Origin: Auanema rhodensis | Lineage: Eukaryota > Animalia > Nematoda | Direction: 5' to 3' | NCBI GenBank assembly: GCA_964057225.1 | Contig: OZ059895.1 | Coordinates: forward strand, 7,440,001 to 7,504,000 | Length of the DNA stretch: 64,000 nucleotides | Shown here: one piece after another, positions 55,964-64,000 of the stretch | How the letters are laid out: each line of letters starts with the position of its first letter | How positions within the stretch are numbered: the stretch's first letter is position 1 | Translations under genes and position numbers: made by a program | Notes under the pieces: generated by a model | Told to the model about the DNA's origin: nothing | The model's database searches: none | Seen by the model: the letters and a program-made list of their open reading frames with translations, nothing else

Positions 55964-58900
55964 ATTCAAACTATTCAATTTCAAAAAATCAAAATATTAA
56001 ATGAGCCTGAATATAAAAAGTAATATATTCAATTCTGTTGGTTCTCATTAGAGCGCGATGTGCGCCTCTTTGTTACAAGAGTGTATGATACAGTATATGA
56101 GATCTATTAAACACTTTGTTAGCAATGATTTGAACTTTTAAACACTTGATAAAATATTTTATTATATATTTCTCTTATGCATTTTATATATATTTATGCA
56201 TAAATTATTATTTATAAATTTATTTCCATATTGTATATTCAGGAAAAAGTCGAAGTGGGCATCACGGTTGAACTTAGATCTGCAGCCCCCACTGTTGACA
56301 GTGGTGATTCCTGGTCAATAGTAAATAGAACTCTGTTTTTAGCTGAATTGGCTAATTTAACACATTGTGAAATTACACCCATTTCTTGAGCATTTGCTGG
56401 AATTTTACATTCTTCCGTTGTTTCTCTGAAACATTATCATAAGTTTCTATTTTTATGGAAAGTTGCAACTTACGGGCACCCAAATATATGATCGAGTATT
56501 CCCCGCAGTTTGAAAAGCTCAAAACATTGAAGTATCTCTTCCGTTGCATATATCTAAACGTTTCTTTTTTCATTTTCTTAATATTTTAATTTATAATTTA
56601 CAGGTTCTCCTAAAACTGATTGATTTAAAACACAGAGCAATACAATCACTCCAAAGAAAATCTTCATAATGCCAATTGACTGAAAACACTTAGAATACAA
56701 GGATTTATAAGATAAAGATAAAGAAAAAAGGAAGAAATGAACTCAAAAAAACATTATTTTGCAACAGTTCAGTCAAAATTTGTTTATTGAATCATGAAGA
56801 AAGTCGAGGAAAATATATATGGAGTACTTACTCATCTGTTTCTTTATGTTTTATCTTAGTCAAGAGAGCTGACGTGACTAAACCAGTAGTCACAGGAAAA
56901 AAACTTATTCTTCAATTCAACAAAGCTGAAATGTTATAAAAGCCTCGGTAAATGAATCAACTTTTTTCTTTTTTTTTTAAGTATTCCTTTATTTTTTTTA
57001 TAGTAGGTCTCTTTTTGGAACTGATGATAACTACGAGAAACATCAAAGATTTAAATATTTTTCTCTAAAAAAATGAAAAAAATTTAATTATGCTTTAGAC
57101 GATAAGATTTATATAATAGTTGAAATGAACTGAAAAAAAATAGAAAGAAATATACAAAACTATAAAACATATTTTCAAATGTTATGAAAAATGGCAGCTT
57201 ATATAGGATCCAGCTTTGTAAAGAATATTTTAAGTGTGAGAATTTTAGCCTTTATTAATAGTCAACATCAAAAAAAAACAACACAATTATAATGAAATTG
57301 TTTTTATAATTTTATAATATTATTATAGAAAGCTTTTAATAATTTCAAATGATCTTTGAAATATTATTACAAATTTCATTTAATAATTAGAAAAGTGAAA
57401 GATCGGTTGTTGTTTTATTTATATAATAAATACATATATTTTTAAATTATTTTATAAATAATTATTGATTTCAACGAATCATACATATTGAAAATTCGGT
57501 TATAGGGTGTTTTAGAAACTTTCATTAACTAAACATGTCAGTTATTGCTAGTTTGTTATTGCTTTTATAAGTTTCAGACCCTTTATTACAAGATAATTGA
57601 AGGATGTTTTCTGTTCAATTCTAATTATAAAGAAAGTTCCTAATTATACATACTTAACAGTATATTCACCTCTTCTTATTAGAATAATTTAGTAAACGTT
57701 TTCGATATTTAATTAAACTATAAATAGTAATAGAAATACAGTTTCGTACATACTATAAGCTATATTCTTTTTTATATAATAGAAGAATATATAAGTATAT
57801 AATCATACTGTTAAAATAGAAATTGTTTCTGGAAACATTCATCAACTTCTCCTTCATTTTGTGAATTCTTTCGGAAATAGGCAACTTCTTCTATATAGCT
57901 TAATTACTACTTTCAATTTTACTTTGTCGCTTTCATTTCACCAACTTGATGCTAAATTTCATTTCATGCTTGTTTCATAAAATTTCTACCTCTTTTCACC
58001 TTTTCTCTATCCTTAATTTCACTGTCTTCATTTCACCTTCAAGCTATTCCCTCTTCTTCCTCCTTTTTCTTTAATTCTCCTCATCTCTGTCATCTCTGTA
58101 CATCTAGCCATTTGAAAGAACTAGTTAGCATAGAGCTACCTATGAAGATTGTCGTCGTCGTCTTTTAACTCATCCACGTCCGTCATGTGTTCATTGAGTC
58201 CTTTTCTCCTTATTTCATCTCGTTCACCAGAATTCAAGATATTACTGACTTAAAGCTACTCTGACAGTCTTTTTTTCTCTCACAAAGCAATTTATCTTGT
58301 CCATAGTTAAACATCGGGATGAGTTAAAAGATTTCTTTTCTTTAAATTATATTTATACATATTGTCATTGACACATCTAGTTATTATGTTCATGTTATTT
58401 CTGGAACGTCAACCATCTAATATGTTCATTCAGAATAGTTAATACAGTCATATACATGTATGTTTTTATTTTATTTTTTCCCGTTTTGATTCCATTTTCA
58501 ACATATTTTTGCTTGGTTGTTAATAGTTTTTTTTAAATTTCTTGGAAAATGTTCAACTTTGGTAGCCATCATCATTCATTAAATCAACATTGATTTAATA
58601 TTCATCTAAAGTAAATTTTTAACAAATTTCTGTATATAGAATAAAAATTTTATTTATAAATAAAAATATAAATATAAATATTGTATATACTATAGTATCT
58701 TTTCTTTTCATAAAAGATATTATAGCTAAAACTTCTAAAGATGTATGCTAAGCCTTATTCTTGTCACTCACATGGTGACAACTGTAATTAGTGTCGGTGG
58801 AACATGTCAGCTACTTTTATAGAAGAAAAAGAAAAAAAGAAGAACATCATAGATAGATTTCTTATTTTTCTTAATACTATATAGACAATCATGTTAACCA

Positions 58901-59843
58901 TATATAGTGCCATTGGAAATAATAATTACATATATACGATGTAAGAATTTCGGTTTCGATAATAATATTACTGTCAAGATAGTCTCACATTAGCTTCTCG
59001 ATGGGCTTCATTATCCTCATCATAAACAATCATTGAACTCTTTTCTTACCTTTTTTTTGTCTCACTTCTCTTTCTGTTCATCATCATCATCATCTTCTTT
59101 TTTTCTTCATATTCTGTAAGACTAGTTATAACTCTATGACTGTCTAATTCTTTAAGCTCTCTATGAAGTGCATACTATTTTTCTGAAAGAATGTCGTCTT
59201 CGGTATTAACCTGTCGACACCCGGTGTACAGTAACCGGACGGCCGATCCATGTCTATTCCTATAGTCTTCGTTCATTATCTCGTACTCTTTTACTGTTCT
59301 TTAGTTCTATCTAACTGTCTATTTCTCTTTTGTGACGCCTGTTCTCTCTCTATCTCTTTTACTTCCAACCTGAGAGGTGGAGAAAAGGTTGAAAGGAAGG
59401 CATACTAAATAACGAAAAGATGATGTGCGAATCATAGCATCCAGGCAGTTAGACAGAATGCTAGGTGAAGGTATCGTCGTCCTCAGGCCATATGGCTATT
59501 AGCCCCTTCTTTTTACAGCGTCAGATACCTCCATGAAGAACATGTAGAAGACGACGTTGATGACAGAAGAAAGTCAAATAAGCGTCGCCGCCTACATCGT
59601 TAGCATCCTTGTCAAATGTTATGACATTGCTTTCTGTAGTTATTCCCTCAACCTTAACAAGCTTTTTCCACCGTATAGAATCTGAATCTTTTTCTCATGG
59701 TCAAACTATCATTTCCATCAATTTCTTGTATTTGTGTGCCGAAAGCATTATATGATATATCATTAAATGATTGCAAACGCTTCAGTTTATTATTAATTAT
59801 TATATATTATATGATATATATTATATATTTTATAAATTTTCAG

Positions 59844-62442
59844 ATGTATGTAAAAACATGGATATTCACTTTAGTTTTGATTGATATATGTACATGTTTG
59901 CCATCCATAGTTCATACAGCTATCTCATGTGATAAGGTATGTTACTTTATTTTATTTTTTCTTTAATATTATATAAATAAATAATATTTCGATTTAACTA
60001 TTATACTTATGGTTCTTGTTATTCAATTCATGTATTAGGTTTGAAACGTTTTAAATCACTTAACCTTGTATTATCTTTGGAAAACTTTGAACATAATCTC
60101 TTTGAGACCTTCAATATTCTCGTTTATTCTTCCTTCAATAACTTTTCCTATGGATGCCATTGAAATTTGATCCTATTCTATCATTTTATATAACCAGTCT
60201 GATTAATCATTATTGAATTTCTTTGCCACTCCTAATCCGCTCTACCCTCTCTGCTATCCAACTTTATGTATTTTTTTTAATTCTCGAGGTAGCCTTGTCT
60301 AACTTGACCTTGGTGGTCATATTTTAACTTCCGATCCTCATTCACCTCGAACACACGATACTTTTCGAACAAAAAATATTTAAAAATACTCAGACAACAC
60401 AGTATCAACACAGAAATTGGCATTTTTTTAAACTTTTGTCTTGTTTAACTTAGCTAGATGTGTAATTAAAACGAAAAAAATTTGAAAGACAAAGACTCGA
60501 GCCGCATGGCTTTCACGATAGGGTCACTGGCCGGAATCTAATTTATAGTCGACATATATGCATATTATTTCTTTTTGCCAAAAAAATCATTCAACTTGGC
60601 CTATTTTTTCTTTTCTTATTCATAAACACAAAAAAGTATCCGGCAAGATGTTATAATCCGGTCACCGTTATAATACCATGTCAACCTAATACATTAATAT
60701 CTGCCATTAACATATAATAAATATAAAAAATATAGAAAATAACTATTTTAATATAATTCTAGTTAATGATTTTATTTTTTTATTTTTGCAGACTGATTTT
60801 TTATTAAAAATTCAATTCAATGAAACATTTTCTGGAACAATATTTACGGAAAAAGGTGAACCAAACTGTGTTTATCTTAATGCTAGCATTCAAAAAGCAA
60901 CAAGTTATGATGTTAAGGTATTATTTTAATATTTTATTATATACATATATATATATATAATAATTTTTATATAATAAGTTTATATTTAGATACCATTAAC
61001 GGGTTGTGAAACTCGTAGGAATACTGATGGTAATTTAGAAAATGAAATTATAGTTCAATCTTTGGATTCATTTAATCCTACTATTGATAAACGTTATTTG
61101 CTTACCTGTATTCCAGCTAATCCTATATTTAGGTAAATATTAAAAAATTTATTCAAATCATTTAAATTGTTTTATAGGGATTCTCAAGTAACTGTATCAT
61201 TTGGTGGTATTACTGTTGATTCATCATCTTCAACAGCTGCAACATTAATTAGTAGTCCAAAAGTTAGTAAATTAAAAGAAATATAAATATATTTTATTGA
61301 TTTTATTTATATAAATAACTTCAGATTGATTATCAAGTTGTTGTTCGTGATGGAGATGATCCAACTTCACCCCCTCTTAACAGACCTTTAGCAGTTGGAG
61401 ATCGTGTTGTGTGTTTTTGATTTTTAGTTATTTTATTATATTTAATTAATATAAAAACTATAATCGTACTTATATTGATACAAATTTTGTATTTCAGACA
61501 TATACAGTTCAGTTATCTCAAGGTGTACGTGGTCGTATTGGTCGTTGTTGGGCAAGTGATGGCAAGAGTGAGCTGGAACTCAGCTCTTCTGATGGATGTA
61601 GTGTACAAAAATCAGGACAGGTAATCATATAATAGTTGATATATCTATTACAGAACATATTATTAAAATGAAAAAAACTGATTATTCTTAGGTTTGGGGA
61701 GATTTCGATGTTTCTCGCGATGAAAGTGGCACGTTATTCATGAATCATATCAAAGCATGGGCATTTCCAACCAGGTGCTGATACCTATTTTCATTTTTAA
61801 AATGATATCATTAAAAATTTTCATTTCAAGAAGTTATATAGATATATAGATATACGCAAAGTACCCGTATATTAAGAAAAGAAAATTAAATTTGAAGTAA
61901 ATAATATTAATTTTTTGATTGAAATTGTATTTCTAATCTAATATTCAAGATACAACATAGGAGTTTAATCTTTCATTCTTTAAAGTTCAAAAATAATTTA
62001 TATGAAACATTTCAGCAATGAAGTCAATATATTCTGCAATCTTCATATATGTGTTGACTGTGAACAAAATGTTTGTAATCATGAAAGAAATCGTCGAAAT
62101 AAGGATTCATCATCAATACTTGCATCAGCTTCCCAGTTCGGTAGACGTTTATCTGATGACGTCATTGATGACGATATACTCGAAGACATCAGTCCTCCCA
62201 TCTCATTGCGAACGTCATTCCGGTTGAGACGACAGAACAATAAACAAGAGCCATCTGCCATGGAGCAGCAGCAGCAGCAGCAGCCAAGCCCGATGTCTAT
62301 ATCTGAACCTAATTCTTCCCCAATAATTCCAATGAATGACGTATCTTCTACAAATAATCATAATGAGCATATGATGTCATCTTCATCATCGTCAATATTT
62401 TACATTTCAATTACATTATTGTTATTATCACTGATTATCTAA
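59844..62442 (+). CDS. ZP-domain (cuticlin-like) secreted / membrane-anchored protein
   Basis: Signal peptide; SCDK..FNETFSGTIF..PNC, IPLTGC, DKRYLLTC, VGDRV, CWASDG, DGCSV, AWAFPT..IFCNLHIC; furin site RNRR; hydrophobic C-terminus. Confidence 0.87.
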
Positions 62443-64000
62443 GACGATATCATCCATGTTTTTGTCATTCCATGTTTTTTTTTGTGTGAATATTGTTATT
62501 TGTATAATGAACAAAACTATGAAAAGTAATAAAATGATTTATTAATATTTCTTTTTAAATAAAAAATTTTTTAAAATATATATTTCATTATATTATACTA
62601 TAGTTCTATACTATAAATATTATAAATACTATGAATATTTATGAATAACTGAAGCAGCAATATTATATCAAATAGAGATACACCTTTTCAATACTTTTCA
62701 TTGTTCTCACCTATTATCTAATTTTTTTTTTTGAAATTTGACAAATTAACTGAATTTTGAATAAAACAAAAACAATTATTTACAAATACCTATCAATATA
62801 TTTATATATTATATGTCTATATATGGATCTTTTTGAAAAAAAAAAGATTCAAATAATTGGCTTTCATTATTAAAATGAATTGAATTCTACTTAATTCTTG
62901 GAAAATGCTATCAATTTTAATTATTTTTTGTTTTTTCCTCTTACATGACTCATTTTATGGATATCCATGCATAGCTATTAGAATAACGTAAATCAGATGT
63001 TGTTCTTCTAATACTAATTAAGCAATTATGGTTACATCTGTTTCTGAAGGGTCAAATTCTACAGAATCCAAAATAAGATGAATTTCAAAAATCATTGGAA
63101 TAATCTTTGATGAATAATACTGGATAACGTATAATGACATATTATTTCTAATATAATTTTATGACTAAGTCATTCAAAATAAAGTATAAAATGCGAAAAC
63201 GTAAAGTAATTTAATCAACAAATTCAAAATAACACTGAGTTATAACATTTATATGAACAACCGTTCTTAAACTCCGAATAATTTGAAATGAAACTTAAAA
63301 TAAATTTCAAATAAGGTTTATATATAATGAATATAAATCATTTTTATATTAATATACTCATATATACTAAATATATCTGTGAATATCGAACTATAAACGT
63401 TATATGATTAATAGTAAATGAAATATTAAATAGAAAATGTATTGAATATGAAATTTAAATTATAGCTAAAATACAATTTTTAATAAATCAAGTTTATGTT
63501 ACATTTTCTCTAACTATTTCTATTTAAATGTATAGATAAATCTTACATTCATTTAAATACTCTCATGTTTCATTCATTTAACTATATATAATATAAATTT
63601 ATTTAATTACTAATCTATTCAAATGATGGGGCGTGTCTCATTCAAAGACAATGATGTTCCAACCTTTTTATTCATTTTCTGTTTCAAAAATTTCATTTTA
63701 GTAGATCATGTAAACCATTTGATCTATAGACAACTAATAACAATCTAAAAGTCTGAGGTTATAGCTTAATCAAACAAGGAAATGGCAGGTAATATTAATT
63801 TTACAATTGTCAAAAACAATTAAATTACTTCATAATCTAATTAAATTATTTTATTATTACCATTATTATTATTTGAATTTATTCTTCTTTATTATAAGAA
63901 TATTAATTATTAGTCTTAAATCTAATCAATTCTCTCATTCTATTCTTTTTCTCTTCTCTCTTTCCTTATTGAACATCCCACCTACATATGTATCTATCTA

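Noticed and set aside
56240-56390. GC-richer island with hairpin potential (snoRNA or orphan exon)
   Set aside because: Neither an H/ACA or C/D architecture nor a consistent spliced frame could be supported.

Overview
AT-rich genomic window from a rhabditid-type nematode (about 45-nt introns, TTTTCAG/TTTTAG acceptors). Host genes: 3' part of pdi-3, chd-1, two paralogous C-type-lectin/CUB genes, a GSK3-like kinase, an uncharacterised gene, a SEC14/CRAL-TRIO-GOLD gene, ArfGAP1, a DDX28-like helicase and a ZP-domain (cuticlin-like) gene. The two lectin paralogs flank about 21 kb of transposons: decayed Merlin/ISXO2, Tc1, mariner and maT elements, a retropepsin pseudogene, and a complete 15.7-kb Maverick/Polinton. 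The Maverick spans 13813-29549, has about 1-kb TIRs and a GGTAAG 6-bp TSD, and sits inside the mariner. It has an apparently intact virion module (major and minor capsid, packaging ATPase, adenain-type protease, core proteins, integrase). Manual splicing shows two intron-rich genes read inward from the TIRs. One is a 14-exon pPolB polyprotein with SIM, OTU, Zn-finger, exonuclease, Vsr-like and polymerase parts. The other is a 3-exon, 166-aa protein, only partly seen by the ORF track, with a textbook APC/C destruction box, CDK sites and a Cys cluster. The central virion genes are intronless, and four central genes share GYGGT-N5-ATG. All gene models are manual, with no database or RNA support.
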